From contig JAGWGI010000001.1 in the NCBI GenBank assembly GCA_028867435.1, positions 19,996 to 83,995 of the forward strand: DNA of 64,000 bases, written 5' to 3'. Below are positions 42,697 through 52,668 of the stretch, one piece after another; positions within the stretch are counted from its first letter, which is position 1, and every line of letters begins with the position of its first letter. The position numbers and the translations under genes were made by a program. This stretch comes from Candidatus Micrarchaeota archaeon (GTDB lineage Archaea; Micrarchaeota; Micrarchaeia; Micrarchaeales; CABMGC01). Below the pieces are notes generated by a model. The model worked only from the letters and a program-made list of their open reading frames with translations. It was not told the DNA's origin and searched no databases.

Positions 42697-45690
42697 TTAC
42701 ACGCATCTATCTGCAAATGTATACCTTCCGGGACCCATGCTACTGTCAAAGGTTAGATTGTACCCATAAGCTTGGCCCAGATTGCAGGCATATGGAAGGA
42801 TATAGCCCAGGGTTGTGCTGCCCTGGAAAACTGACTCGTTGCTTGCCAAGGGATGCATGATAAATGGCCCAGCAGAGCTTCCTATTGACTGATTGAATTG
42901 GAGTGCGCCAGGAAGTGGGTTGAACGTGAGCGTAAGGTTTGATACGGTAAAGGACGCTTGAGAATTCGAGAAGATGCTCAAATTAAGCTCGTTTCCTCTT
43001 ATCTGCGGAAATGCCCCCATTGGCGGGGAAATGTAAAGGGTGCTGTTTAGGGAGAGACTATGGACGTAGCTGAGATTGAAAATTGGAACTCCGTAGTTGA
43101 AGTGGGAGAAGATGCTCTGCGGTATATTTATGCCGCTTATGTTGACAGCTACCCGATGCCTGCCTAAAGAGATTTGTCCGCGGCTAACTAGGAAATTGTA
43201 GTATCTTTTGAACCCTACGCTCTTGTTGTCTATGTAGAGTGTAATGTTGCCGGGATCGGTAAGGTTAAGGGACTGCAGATCCAAAACGGTGTAGTTGTCC
43301 TGATAACTGATATAGCTTATCTGGGGCTTGATATATGCGACCTGAGTCGAATTTATACCGTAATAGGAATAATCCGTAGATGCCCCAAGGTTCTGGTTAA
43401 GTGAGAGTGAATAAAACAGGTTGGATGCATTGCTTTGGCCTGTGTATGTTGTTAGGTTGGTAAGCGCGTTTGTGGATGCGCACTGATGGTTACCGTTAGA
43501 AAGTTCGCTTTCCAACCCGCCTGTTTGGAAGGCTAGTATTAGCCAACCTGCACTTGCCGATGATGAGGGAAGCGTAGAATATGTTCCGTATGGCTCAAGT
43601 GTGGTGACTACCATTTCTTGAAGGAATGTTGGGGAGTATCCAGAGAGCGTGGATCCGACTCCGCCGGAGAGGACATGGCCATTAGAGGACTTGAAAATGC
43701 CGCAGCCAAAGAGCCGCCCGAGTTGCAGTGCGGTAAGCAGTATGTAGCTTCCGGTCTGCAAAAGAGAATATGTATTGTAGAGCGAAGACCTAGGTTTCAG
43801 GATACTGACGCCTTCGAGAGGGCTTATTAAAGCGGCACCTTGTTGTGGCAGGACTCCAATGGAATAGAGTGCCGCCTTGGAGGTTATGTCCACTATGGGG
43901 TTTTTGACGTTCCAGTCGAAGCTGTTAAGGATGCCGTTAAATGATCCTGGAAGGGCTTGAATCTGGAACTGCTTTGGCACTGAAAACACGCTCGGCAGGG
44001 TTTGATTGGGAGATGCGGATTTCACAAGCTCTGCATACAAGATGGGTTGGTTTGGCAGGGAGGAATTGAATGCGGAATAGTTATCAAGAAGGTAGAGGAC
44101 GTTGTGGTTCCAGCCGCCTATGTAGCTGTTCAGTGATTGCACTGCTATATTGTTATCATTTGACACTAAGACTTGAGAGATAAGTGAGGCGGAGCATATT
44201 ACCGCCGCAGCCAATATCATAACGCTTACCAGATACTTCCGGCCACTTTTTGAGTACTTAAGCGCCCCGGAAATTGAGAGTGCCGCTGCGATGATGAACA
44301 ATATTGCAAAGGCGTATCCAAGAAGCATTTCAAGCAAACCTGGAGAACTGGCTAGTGTAATCGAATAGGGCAGTGATACGAATCCGGAAATGGAGGTTAG
44401 TGAGAAAGGTACTGTAGAATTTTCGATTAGTATGCGTGGAATCAGGAATGCAGCGAAAACGGCTAGGAGCGAGATAGGAAGCGGGGCAAATGGCCATGGC
44501 GAGCCTTTGCCTTGCTTTTTGGAAAACCAGAGAGAGATTATAAGGATCACCTGAATTATTGCAACAGCGATTGTGGAGAGTATCAGTAGGTTGATGAAAT
44601 TTGGGAAGCTGAATTTGGACAGAAGGAATGCCCCTGGAGATTGGACCCCCAAGACGGACGTGGCTGTTGCGTTTACCAGATACAATGCCAGATACGCATT
44701 CGCCACAGCAAGTGCGATGAGCATTACTGGTCCCAAAATTGCCAGTCTAAAGTGGCTTTTCTTGCCTTTATTTCCGCCAGATGTATCGTATCTGGAGCGT
44801 AGCCCGAGTATTGCCCCTGTAAGCGACAGGGCGCTCCACACCCATCCTATGAAGGTTGATGCTGCGCCAGAGGCAATTACTGCGCCGAAAACCCAGAACG
44901 CCGAATTTGAGAATGCGGCATATGATTCGTACTGGTATTGGTTTATATTCTGTGTGCTGAGATAGATCAACACGGCTACGGCAAAGAACTGGAAAGGTAC
45001 GCTTATCTTGAGCCATCTGTATATGCTGGCGCGCCTGCCCTTTATTTTGATTACGGCTACAAGCGGCACTGCGCCTGCGAGAAGGAAGATTATTCCGGCT
45101 ATCAGGGGAAGGTAGGCTTGGTAACTGTAGATGCCAGTAGAAAATAAGTTAGATAGGAAAGCTAAAATTATGACAAACCCAACGATGATGTTTGCTGCGC
45201 CGCCTATTGCTAGAAACCAAAAGGCTATGTGTCCATGTCCTGGGTCCATGGGCTTTTCCGGCTTTGTATTTTTTAATGGCAGGTCCTTGCTTTTGAGCAC
45301 GCGGTCAGTGCCAAGTATTATGGTCCCTCCGATTATTATCAGAATACTCCCGGAGCAGAGTATGAGCAGCCCGAGTAACAGATCCAGCAGGGCTGCAAAA
45401 AAATTCTGAGGAATGGAGGAAGTTACAAATCCAAGTACTGCCACAAGTATTGCAAGTGCGCCAAATACCATGCTCGCTTTGATCCATATGGCCAAGACCT
45501 TTCCTTTCTTCCTGATTATCCCCACTCCAGTCACGGATATGATTCCTGAAACTAGGAGCAGGGCAATGAAAAAAATGAATAAAGGGGGTTGGGGAGCTGC
45601 GAGGACTATTATAATGGATGCTAGTACGAGACTTGCGACCCCTCCTATTCCAAGCAGGAGCACCCCCAAATTTGGCTTATCTAGTCGCAT
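42697..45690 (-). CDS. Giant polytopic membrane protein with a ~480-aa sequon-rich C-terminal ectodomain
   Basis: 997 aa. The N-terminal ~500 aa is almost entirely hydrophobic helices. The C-terminal half is soluble with many N-x-S/T sequons. No family recognised. Confidence 0.5.
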   Translation of the reverse strand: MRLDKPNLGVLLLGIGGVASLVLASIIIVLAAPQPPLFIFFIALLLVSGIISVTGVGIIRKKGKVLAIWIKASMVFGALAILVAVLGFVTSSIPQNFFAALLDLLLGLLILCSGSILIIIGGTIILGTDRVLKSKDLPLKNTKPEKPMDPGHGHIAFWFLAIGGAANIIVGFVIILAFLSNLFSTGIYSYQAYLPLIAGIIFLLAGAVPLVAVIKIKGRRASIYRWLKISVPFQFFAVAVLIYLSTQNINQYQYESYAAFSNSAFWVFGAVIASGAASTFIGWVWSALSLTGAILGLRSRYDTSGGNKGKKSHFRLAILGPVMLIALAVANAYLALYLVNATATSVLGVQSPGAFLLSKFSFPNFINLLILSTIAVAIIQVILIISLWFSKKQGKGSPWPFAPLPISLLAVFAAFLIPRILIENSTVPFSLTSISGFVSLPYSITLASSPGLLEMLLGYAFAILFIIAAALSISGALKYSKSGRKYLVSVMILAAAVICSASLISQVLVSNDNNIAVQSLNSYIGGWNHNVLYLLDNYSAFNSSLPNQPILYAELVKSASPNQTLPSVFSVPKQFQIQALPGSFNGILNSFDWNVKNPIVDITSKAALYSIGVLPQQGAALISPLEGVSILKPRSSLYNTYSLLQTGSYILLTALQLGRLFGCGIFKSSNGHVLSGGVGSTLSGYSPTFLQEMVVTTLEPYGTYSTLPSSSASAGWLILAFQTGGLESELSNGNHQCASTNALTNLTTYTGQSNASNLFYSLSLNQNLGASTDYSYYGINSTQVAYIKPQISYISYQDNYTVLDLQSLNLTDPGNITLYIDNKSVGFKRYYNFLVSRGQISLGRHRVAVNISGINIPQSIFSHFNYGVPIFNLSYVHSLSLNSTLYISPPMGAFPQIRGNELNLSIFSNSQASFTVSNLTLTFNPLPGALQFNQSIGSSAGPFIMHPLASNESVFQGSTTLGYILPYACNLGQAYGYNLTFDSSMGPGRYTFADRCV

Positions 45691-45913
45691 GCATATATAT
45701 CGGGGCCGGATTTAAAAATATGGTAGTAGATCTGGTGATGGTGTGAAATCCCTGCAGTATGCAGGATCTTGCGTATGCTGGTCGTCTAAGGTGCTATATG
45801 CTGTATCGTATTTCATATTGCCTAAAAATCTACAAATTCGTGCATTATGATAAAAATACTGCGCAGTATGATGCAATCTTTTTCTGGGCTATCAGGCTGG
45901 GACATTATTGCCA

Positions 45914-47137
45914 TCATGCGATGGTGCAAAATCCTGAGAGCCTCCACCTCTGCGCGAAGTTTCTCAGTATTGAGATCTTTGCCTTTGGGTCAGCGCACAC
46001 CGGTCTCTTTAGTTCTACCTCGATGGTGCTCTTCTTTGCAAGCTTTATGTATCCCACTGTCGTCGCTGTACCGATTCCAAGTATTATTGGCTCATTCTCC
46101 CGAAATGCCTGCTTTGGTATGTCATCCCTGCTGAGCAAATGATACTTGAGTGTTAGAGAGCTCGCGGTTTCAGGTAGCTTGCCGACATGACCTGCAAGAT
46201 TACCTACCAATCCGTCGGTCTTTGTGAAAGTAGGATCCATTGTGGTGCCAACAGCAATAAGGCCTCCTGCTACAGCCTCTTTGAGCGAGTCTGCCCCAGA
46301 TGAGAGGCTCTCTAAGGTGGTTATCACAGGTTCGTAGGACTCCTTCTTTGTCTTGTCCCTATTTACGTTTATCCCCGGCCTTATCTCTATCTCCTCGCCA
46401 ACCTTGAACTTGCCCTTTACTATCGAGCCTCCAAAAACCCCTCCCACAAGGTCCTTTATTGGGCTTCCGGGCCTGTTAACGTCGAAAGACCTTGCGATGT
46501 ACATCATCGGATCCGAGGTGATGTCGTGCTTTGGCAGATCTATCTTTGCAATCTGCTCTAGCACAGCGTCAACATTTATGTTCTTGTTCGCCATGACCGG
46601 AACTATCGGCGCCTTCTCTGCTATGCTTCCACGCAAAAACTTTGTTATCTGATCGTAGTGCTGCTTTGCCCTCTCCTTGCCGACTATGTCTATTTTTGTC
46701 TGGACAACTATTATCTTTGGGATATTTAGGGTGGAGATTAGCATCAGGTGCTCCTTTGTCTGCGGCATAGGGCAGGGCTCTGTTGCAGAGATAACAAACA
46801 TGACTGCGTCAATTATGTTAGAACCTGCTATTGCGGTTGCCATCAGCGTCTCGTGCCCAGGGGAATCAAGCATCGACACCCTCCTAAATGGCTCTGGCTT
46901 CTTGCTTGAATCCTCACATATCTCGCCCACAGTGTAGCAGCCAGGTCCCTGTTCGCAGCCCTGGCACTTCTTTATTATCGCATCCGCGTAGCCTAGCTTT
47001 ATGGTCATGCTTCGCTTTAGGGACTCGCTATGCCTATCGGTCCACACGCCTGTGATCGCCTTGGTAAGGGTGGTCTTGCCATGGTCTACGTGCCCGAGCG
47101 TGCCTATGTTAAACTCGCTCTGCTTGAAATCTTGCAT
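45914..47137 (-). CDS. eif2g: Translation initiation factor aIF2 gamma subunit
   Basis: NIGTLGHVDHGKTTL (G1), DSPGHE (G3), Zn knuckle CQGCEQGPGC, QTKID (G4). Start set at ATG 47137 (MQDFKQSEFNIG), because the track start overlaps rps6e. Confidence 0.9.
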   Translation of the reverse strand: MQDFKQSEFNIGTLGHVDHGKTTLTKAITGVWTDRHSESLKRSMTIKLGYADAIIKKCQGCEQGPGCYTVGEICEDSSKKPEPFRRVSMLDSPGHETLMATAIAGSNIIDAVMFVISATEPCPMPQTKEHLMLISTLNIPKIIVVQTKIDIVGKERAKQHYDQITKFLRGSIAEKAPIVPVMANKNINVDAVLEQIAKIDLPKHDITSDPMMYIARSFDVNRPGSPIKDLVGGVFGGSIVKGKFKVGEEIEIRPGINVNRDKTKKESYEPVITTLESLSSGADSLKEAVAGGLIAVGTTMDPTFTKTDGLVGNLAGHVGKLPETASSLTLKYHLLSRDDIPKQAFRENEPIILGIGTATTVGYIKLAKKSTIEVELKRPVCADPKAKISILRNFAQRWRLSGFCTIA

Positions 47138-47144
47138 CTCTTTT

Positions 47145-47534
47145 TCACTCCGCCTTCTTCTCCTTAGGCTTGAATATCTCCTCGAGCGGCCTTGTGCCGT
47201 ACTCGACAATCACTGTGTTAACCTGCTCGGTGTCCGTGCTTATCTGGTTGCCGCGCACAAGCCTTCTCCTCCTGTTGCCGTGCCTGTTATCCTTTAGCCC
47301 AGGACCGCCCTTGAGGAGTATTCTTGTCTTCCTCGTTCCTTCGACCTCAGCCCTCGAAGGTGTTCCAGACTTGTCGCTAAGACCTGTTATCTGGAGCTTG
47401 AAGCCCTCGAGTCCTATCGGGAAACCCTCGAGCACATCTCCCATCTTCTTGCCGACAAACATTGCCTCCTTCTCCTTTGCTACTTCTGCCTGCGCCGTCT
47501 TTCCACTCTTCTTATCAGAATAGACTATTTTCAT
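47145..47534 (-). CDS. rps6e: Ribosomal protein S6e
   Basis: MKIVYSDKKSGKTAQAEV...GFKLQITGLSDKSGTPSRAEVEGTRKTRILL...RRRRLVRGNQIS. Confidence 0.9.
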   Translation of the reverse strand: MKIVYSDKKSGKTAQAEVAKEKEAMFVGKKMGDVLEGFPIGLEGFKLQITGLSDKSGTPSRAEVEGTRKTRILLKGGPGLKDNRHGNRRRRLVRGNQISTDTEQVNTVIVEYGTRPLEEIFKPKEKKAE

Positions 47535-47550
47535 GAAATCACAATCATAA

Positions 47551-49710
47551 TTACCTGTACATGCTAGTTGGTTCGTCCTTGAACCTCTTTATTCTCTCTG
47601 ATACCTCCTTTGGTATCGCAGGCCTCACTTCAGTTAGCGCCTTCTTGAAGTCCTCCATCTTCACCACTTCCCTTGTGCTCCTTATAGCGTTCATCCCAGC
47701 TTCCCTACAGATGTTCTCGATTTCGGCGCCGGTGTAGTTTTCGGTTATGTTCGCAAGGTCTATCATATCCACATTCTTGTCAAGAGGCATCCTCTTTGTG
47801 TGGACCTTGAATATGTGCAACCTGGTCTCCGCGTCAGGCATTGGTATCTCGATTATCTTGTCAAATCTTCCGGGCCTTAGCAGCGCTGGATCTATTGCCT
47901 CAGGCCTGTTTGTAGCAGCCAGGACCACGACGTTCTTTAGTTCGGTTAGGCCGTCCATCTCGATTAGCAGGGTGTCTACAACTCTCTCGCTCACCCTTGA
48001 GTCAAGGCTCTCGCCGCTCCTTGCGTGCGCAACTGCGTCTATTTCATCGATAAATATTATGCAAGGAGAGGCAAGCCTCGCTTTTCTGAAAAGTTCCCGC
48101 ACTGTCCTCTCGCTCTCGCCAACGAACTTGCTTAGGACCTCTGGCCCTTTTATCGAGATGAAGTTTGACTCTCGCTCGGTTGCTACAGCCTTTGCAAGCA
48201 GCGTCTTTCCTGTTCCAGGAGGGCCGACCAGCAACACGCCCTTCACCGGTCTTATGCCCATCTTCGCAAATGCCTCAGGCATCTTTAGCGGCGATTCGAC
48301 AACCTCCTTTAGCTCTTCCTTGACCGATTCCAGACCCCCGATGTCATTCCAGTGTATGTTTGGCCTCTCCACAAAGACCTCCCTGAGAGCGCTTGGCTGC
48401 ACGTTCTTGAGCGCCTCCATGAAATTGTCTCTTGTAACTGTGAGTGTTGAGAGAAGCTCGGGAGGTATGCTCTGCTTGTCCATTATTTTTGGAAGTATCT
48501 CTCTAAGGGTGGCCATGGCAGCCTCCCTTGCAAATGCGCTTATGTCGGCACCAGTATAGCCGTGGGTCTTGTCAGCCAGCTCATCGATGTTTACATCCTT
48601 TGCAAGCGGCATGTTCCTCGCGTGGATCTGAAGTATCTCCTTTCTTGCATTCCTTCCTGGGACCCCGATTTCTATTTCCCTGTCGAATCTCCCAGGTCTT
48701 CTTAGCGCAGGGTCTATCGCATCTGGCCTGTTGGTTGCCGCAAGGACAATCACCTGCCCTCTTGAAGCCATCCCATCCATAAGTGTTAGTAGTTGCGAGA
48801 CCATCCTCCTCTCTACCTCGTTTGTGGCCTCTTCTCTCTTAGGGGCTATCGCGTCTATCTCGTCCATGAAGATTACGGTCGGAGCCTTCTCGTTTGCCTC
48901 CTTGAATATCTCGCGCAGTTTTTCCTCGCTCTCTCCCACAAACTTGCTAACAAGCTCTGGACCAGAGATGGAGATGAAATTTGCATCACTCTCGTTTGCT
49001 ACCGCCTTTGCAAGGAGCGTCTTTCCTGTTCCTGGGGCGCCGTAGAGAAGCACGCCCTTTGGCGGCTCGATTCCAAGGCTCTCAAAGAGCTGTGGATATC
49101 TTATCGGCAGCTCGACCATCTCCCTTATCTTGTTTATCTCGGTCTTGAGCCCTCCGATGTCCTCGTAGTGAACTTCTCCTATCCTGACTATCGATTCCGA
49201 AACCGGCTCCTCTTTGACCACGAAGTTGGTGTTCTTTGCAATCTTGACTATCCCGTGAGGCACAACTGTGACCACAAGAAAGTTGAACACAAGCCCGAAC
49301 ATCGGAATTGGTATAACGTCTCCCTTTGCAAGAGGCTTGTTTTCCCACTTCCTTTTTGCGTACTCGGCAAAATCCGGAGAGAGAGGCGGGCGCTGGCCAG
49401 GAGGCGGGGCAATCACTACGCGCTCTGCGTCCTTCACTTCCACCTTGGCAACATGCACCTTATCTCCAATCCCCACGCCTACGTTCTGCCTCAAATAACC
49501 GTCAATTCTTATGAATCCCAAGCCTTCGTCGCTTGGGTGCGCCTGCCAGACTATGGCTGCGGTAGTCTTTATCCTGCCCTTGATCTCGATCACATCTCCA
49601 GAAACGACGTCTAGGAGCTTGCGCGATTTGGAATCAATCCTGGCGATTCCTCTGCCAGAGTCCGTTACAAGCGCGTCCGCAACAGTAAGTTCAACACCAG
49701 TATTAGGCAT
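47551..49710 (-). CDS. cdc48: CDC48/VCP-type AAA+ ATPase (two AAA domains)
   Basis: N-domain [26 protein letters not shown]1 [15 protein letters not shown] / IIFMDEID. D2 [15 protein letters not shown] / IIFIDEID. Confidence 0.9.
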   Translation of the reverse strand: MPNTGVELTVADALVTDSGRGIARIDSKSRKLLDVVSGDVIEIKGRIKTTAAIVWQAHPSDEGLGFIRIDGYLRQNVGVGIGDKVHVAKVEVKDAERVVIAPPPGQRPPLSPDFAEYAKRKWENKPLAKGDVIPIPMFGLVFNFLVVTVVPHGIVKIAKNTNFVVKEEPVSESIVRIGEVHYEDIGGLKTEINKIREMVELPIRYPQLFESLGIEPPKGVLLYGAPGTGKTLLAKAVANESDANFISISGPELVSKFVGESEEKLREIFKEANEKAPTVIFMDEIDAIAPKREEATNEVERRMVSQLLTLMDGMASRGQVIVLAATNRPDAIDPALRRPGRFDREIEIGVPGRNARKEILQIHARNMPLAKDVNIDELADKTHGYTGADISAFAREAAMATLREILPKIMDKQSIPPELLSTLTVTRDNFMEALKNVQPSALREVFVERPNIHWNDIGGLESVKEELKEVVESPLKMPEAFAKMGIRPVKGVLLVGPPGTGKTLLAKAVATERESNFISIKGPEVLSKFVGESERTVRELFRKARLASPCIIFIDEIDAVAHARSGESLDSRVSERVVDTLLIEMDGLTELKNVVVLAATNRPEAIDPALLRPGRFDKIIEIPMPDAETRLHIFKVHTKRMPLDKNVDMIDLANITENYTGAEIENICREAGMNAIRSTREVVKMEDFKKALTEVRPAIPKEVSERIKRFKDEPTSMYR

Positions 49711-49800
49711 GATTTAGCCCCCAATAAGTATGATTTGCTTAAATATAAAGAGCTATATCCCTTAACGATAGCGCACTTATGCTGCGGTTTGGAGAAGATT

Positions 49801-50553
49801 CTAGAAAAGCCTGATCCCGCGGTATAGTAGCGAGAACATCAGGGCCAAAAAGAGCATGAACACCAGGCTGATTAGCAAAGATACCAGTGGTATCACGAAC
49901 AGGAACAGGGCGAATATGATAGCAACGGTAATTACATATATTCCTTTGTTCCACCTGAGCACCTTGCTGCCGTCGAGTGGGTATATGGGCAGCATGTTGT
50001 AGAATGCGAGAAGTATGCTGATGAAGAGCACGACATCCACCAAGTTCTGAATGTAGGGGTTGTGCTGGAATGTTGCCATGTCAAGACTTGAGAGTATGTT
50101 TCCAGGGAATCCGTGGAAGGAGAGCAAACCTGCTGTGAAGAACACGCCGAACACCACGAAATTGGTGAGTGGCCCTGCCAGTGAGACCTTTCCTTCGTGC
50201 TCTGCAGTGAAGGTGCTCGCATAAATCACTGTGGCGCCAGGTATTCCTATGAGGAAGCCAAAGAAGCTGCTTGCTATGGTTATGAGCAGCCCGACCATTG
50301 AGGTCCTGAAGGCTGCGACTGCGCCGTAGTGCTGCGCCACGAACTTGTGCATCAGCTCGTGGAGCACGAATGTGAGCGAGACTGCGATGAAGGAGATGGG
50401 GAGAAAGTAGAGGAACACTCCAGGGGCGGCGGAGATGGTGGCCGTGCCCCCGACAATCACAAGTGTGAATGCAAGCGTCAGTATAACATCTGCTAGCAAC
50501 AGGTCCTGTATCTCCTTAGAGTATAACTTGTGCTCGCTGAAGAAGTTGGCCAT
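49801..50553 (-). CDS. M50 (site-2 protease-like) membrane zinc metalloprotease
   Basis: HELMHKFVAQHYG (HExxH) inside a TM helix, NMLPIYPLDGSKV (the second metal-ligand motif, LDG), 6 or more TM helices. Confidence 0.8.
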   Translation of the reverse strand: MANFFSEHKLYSKEIQDLLLADVILTLAFTLVIVGGTATISAAPGVFLYFLPISFIAVSLTFVLHELMHKFVAQHYGAVAAFRTSMVGLLITIASSFFGFLIGIPGATVIYASTFTAEHEGKVSLAGPLTNFVVFGVFFTAGLLSFHGFPGNILSSLDMATFQHNPYIQNLVDVVLFISILLAFYNMLPIYPLDGSKVLRWNKGIYVITVAIIFALFLFVIPLVSLLISLVFMLFLALMFSLLYRGIRLF

Positions 50554-50651
50554 ACAAAGGTTCTTTGCCGCGAATGATTATAAGCGTTTGTGAATATTTT
50601 ACTTTTGAAGCCTTGCAAATATTTATATATGTATATATTTATATTAATAAT

Positions 50652-50876
50652 ATGTCAAAATTAATCGCAATTTCAGATCAAACTTATGCAGATCTGCTCA
50701 AGCTCAAGGGAAAGAAAAAATCTTTCACTGAAGTGATAAACGAGCTCCTTGGAAGGAAGATAGGTAACATAGAGCAGTTTTTCGGGGCGTGGAAAGATAG
50801 GGATGTTAGCATCATGAAGAAGAGGATTCAAGAGCGCAGAAAGGCAAACATGCAGCGCAGCATAAAGGGGAGATAA
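50652..50876 (+). CDS. vapB: VapB-like antitoxin (archaeal DUF217-type)
   Basis: MSKLIAISDQTYADLLKLKGKKKSFTEVINELL. Its stop overlaps the vapC ATG by 1 nt (taATG). The track start at 50565 is rejected. Confidence 0.65.
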   Translation: MSKLIAISDQTYADLLKLKGKKKSFTEVINELLGRKIGNIEQFFGAWKDRDVSIMKKRIQERRKANMQRSIKGR

Positions 50877-51256
50877 TGGCGTGCCTGGATACAAACATAA
50901 TAATTGATTATATTCATGGTGTAGAAAACGCGAGAAAGCTGATTGAGGATTACAGGAAAAGCGAACAGATAACGACAACGACGGCAACAATGTATGAACT
51001 GCTTTCCAGTAGAGACCAGCAGGAGAGACAACTTGCCACAGAATTCCTAAGCAGAATAAAAGTATACGTTTTTGATGAAAGGGCCTCCGAGGTTGCGGCA
51101 AACATCCGCAGGAAACTGGAGCTTTTTGGGAAGTTGATAAATGATACCGACATAATGATAGCGGGAATTGCATTTGCAAACGATGAAACTTTGGTGACGC
51201 AGGACAGGGATTTTGAGAGGATAAATAGCGGCAGGATTGACTTAGTGAAGGAATAA
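50876..51256 (+). CDS. vapC: PIN-domain ribonuclease toxin VapC
   Basis: CLDTNIIIDY (Asp1), YELL (Glu), DTDIMIAGIA (Asp), TQDRDF (Asp). Confidence 0.8.
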   Translation: MACLDTNIIIDYIHGVENARKLIEDYRKSEQITTTTATMYELLSSRDQQERQLATEFLSRIKVYVFDERASEVAANIRRKLELFGKLINDTDIMIAGIAFANDETLVTQDRDFERINSGRIDLVKE

Positions 51257-51301
51257 GCAGCAAAGCCTTAATAAAATCATTGATATAACTAGTTCTGCAA
51301 T

Positions 51302-51374
51302 AGCTCCATCGTCTAGTGGTCAAGGATATCGCCCTCTGGAGGCGGTGACGCCAGTTCGAATCTGGCTGGAGCTA
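51302..51374 (+). tRNA. tRNA-Gln (anticodon CTG)
   Basis: Hand-folded. Acceptor stem agctcca/tggagct. D stem gtct/ggat with an agtggtcaa loop. Anticodon stem tcgcc/ggcgg with loop ctCTGga. T arm gccag-ttcgaat-ctggc. Discriminator A, no encoded CCA. Confidence 0.9.
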
Positions 51375-51430
51375 AAAACATGGCTTAGTTCGAATGGAAA
51401 TTTAAATAAAATCTTGCCCATTATATTATT

Positions 51431-51910
51431 ATGCAACTAGACAAAGAAATTTCAATCGGGCGATTAGGAAAGGCTGATTTCAGCGCCGCGGCAAAATTTT
51501 TTAGAAAAACCCTCAAGATTCCATCTTACCATTCGGGGGAAATTAAGGACGATATAAAATCTTATTCTGCCAGAAACTTGTCAAAGAGCGTAAAAAATCG
51601 CAATTTAATTTTCCTGGCAGCAAAAAATGATGGAGAGATTATCGGGCTCATATTCTCGTCCACTTACAAGGGAACAGGATGGATAGACTGGGTGGTTGTG
51701 GAACCCGGGTATAGGCGCAGGGGCATTGCCAAGAGGTTGATCAAAGAGGCCGAGCGGATAATGAGAAATAACACGACTAGGATATGGGCTGATACGGCCA
51801 CTGGCAACTATGGCGCAGTGAAAATGCTAGACGGACTGGGGTATAGGAAAATTGCCGTTTTGGGGCATTATTACAATAATGACAAAATAATATGGGAGAA
51901 AATTCTATAG
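51431..51910 (+). CDS. GNAT-family N-acetyltransferase
   Basis: Acetyl-CoA motif A: WVVVEPGYRRRGIAKRLIKEAE. Confidence 0.8.
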   Translation: MQLDKEISIGRLGKADFSAAAKFFRKTLKIPSYHSGEIKDDIKSYSARNLSKSVKNRNLIFLAAKNDGEIIGLIFSSTYKGTGWIDWVVVEPGYRRRGIAKRLIKEAERIMRNNTTRIWADTATGNYGAVKMLDGLGYRKIAVLGHYYNNDKIIWEKIL

Positions 51911-51931
51911 GTTATGCAAGATGGTGAACTC

Positions 51932-52202
51932 ATGACGTTCAAGGTTTATATGGAAAATATCCAGGCAAAGACTGGGAAGAGCATGGATGAATTCTAGAGG
52001 CTTGCAAACAAAAAAGGCTTTGTGAGGCGCGGAAGAGTTGTTGCAAAGCATTCAGATATGCTCGCGTGGCTCAAATCCAAGAAGATTGGGCGGGCACGTG
52101 CACGCAAATTTTGTCATATTGTACCTGCGTCTGCGTGCCAACGACCCAAGTGTTAGCGCAAGAATGAAAAAGTGGTCATACGACACCAGATATCGGAATT
52201 GA
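51932..52202 (+). pseudogene. Disrupted small gene, DUF4287-like (in-frame TAG plus frameshift)
   Basis: MTFKVYMENIQAKTGKSMDEF-TAG(51995-51997)-RLANKKGFVRRGRVVAKHSDMLAWLKSKK, after which the family-like continuation LGGHVHANFVILYL... appears only in the +1 frame. The family assignment is from memory of the DUF4287 consensus (...AKTGK...DF...WLK...LGHGHAN...). Confidence 0.4.
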
Positions 52203-52216
52203 GCAGAGAAACTTAG

Positions 52217-52498
52217 TTAGTTTCTAAGTGCAAGGCCCACGAACACTGGTTCCTTCCGCTCTAACGTGTTTGCCCAGATCTTGCTCCCGTCTATGCGCAG
52301 CGCACCCTTGAACAGCTGCTTTACGCGTATTTTTTGGGCCTGCTCAATCAAGGAAATTTGGTCCAGGTTCTTGTGGTTTAGGACTTCAAGCTTGCTTTTT
52401 AGCTCTTGCCTCTGCTTGTATGACTCGTATTCTGGCTTTCCACTTGAATCTTTGCCTGCATCGAACCATCCATCGGTGCGGAATACTATCCTTGCCAT
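52217..52498 (-). CDS. Hypothetical 93-aa protein
   Basis: ORF only; no recognisable motif. Confidence 0.3.
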   Translation of the reverse strand: MARIVFRTDGWFDAGKDSSGKPEYESYKQRQELKSKLEVLNHKNLDQISLIEQAQKIRVKQLFKGALRIDGSKIWANTLERKEPVFVGLALRN

Positions 52499-52668
52499 CT
52501 CATCACAAAAGGCATTGTTTAAAGTGATATATATCGCTTATGATTCGGCGCTGCTACGCAGGATTTCCAGATAACTTCTAACTCGAATCTGAATTGTCTC
52601 AAATCTGCCTTTGACTTTGGCTCGAGCCAATGTTTCTTATTTATGTCGGGCCAATTAGAAGTGAGTGA

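Noticed and set aside
45759-46142. Plus-strand ORFs (127 and 95 aa) at the aIF2-gamma 3' end and in the upstream spacer.
   Set aside because: They overlap the clearly homologous minus-strand aIF2-gamma gene and have no motifs.
19448-51374. Whether the pilus-type operon is an integrated conjugative element targeted to tRNA-Gln.
   Set aside because: The tRNA is about 13 kb away, with housekeeping genes in between (top6B, aIF2-gamma, rps6e, cdc48). No integrase, relaxase or flanking direct repeats were seen.
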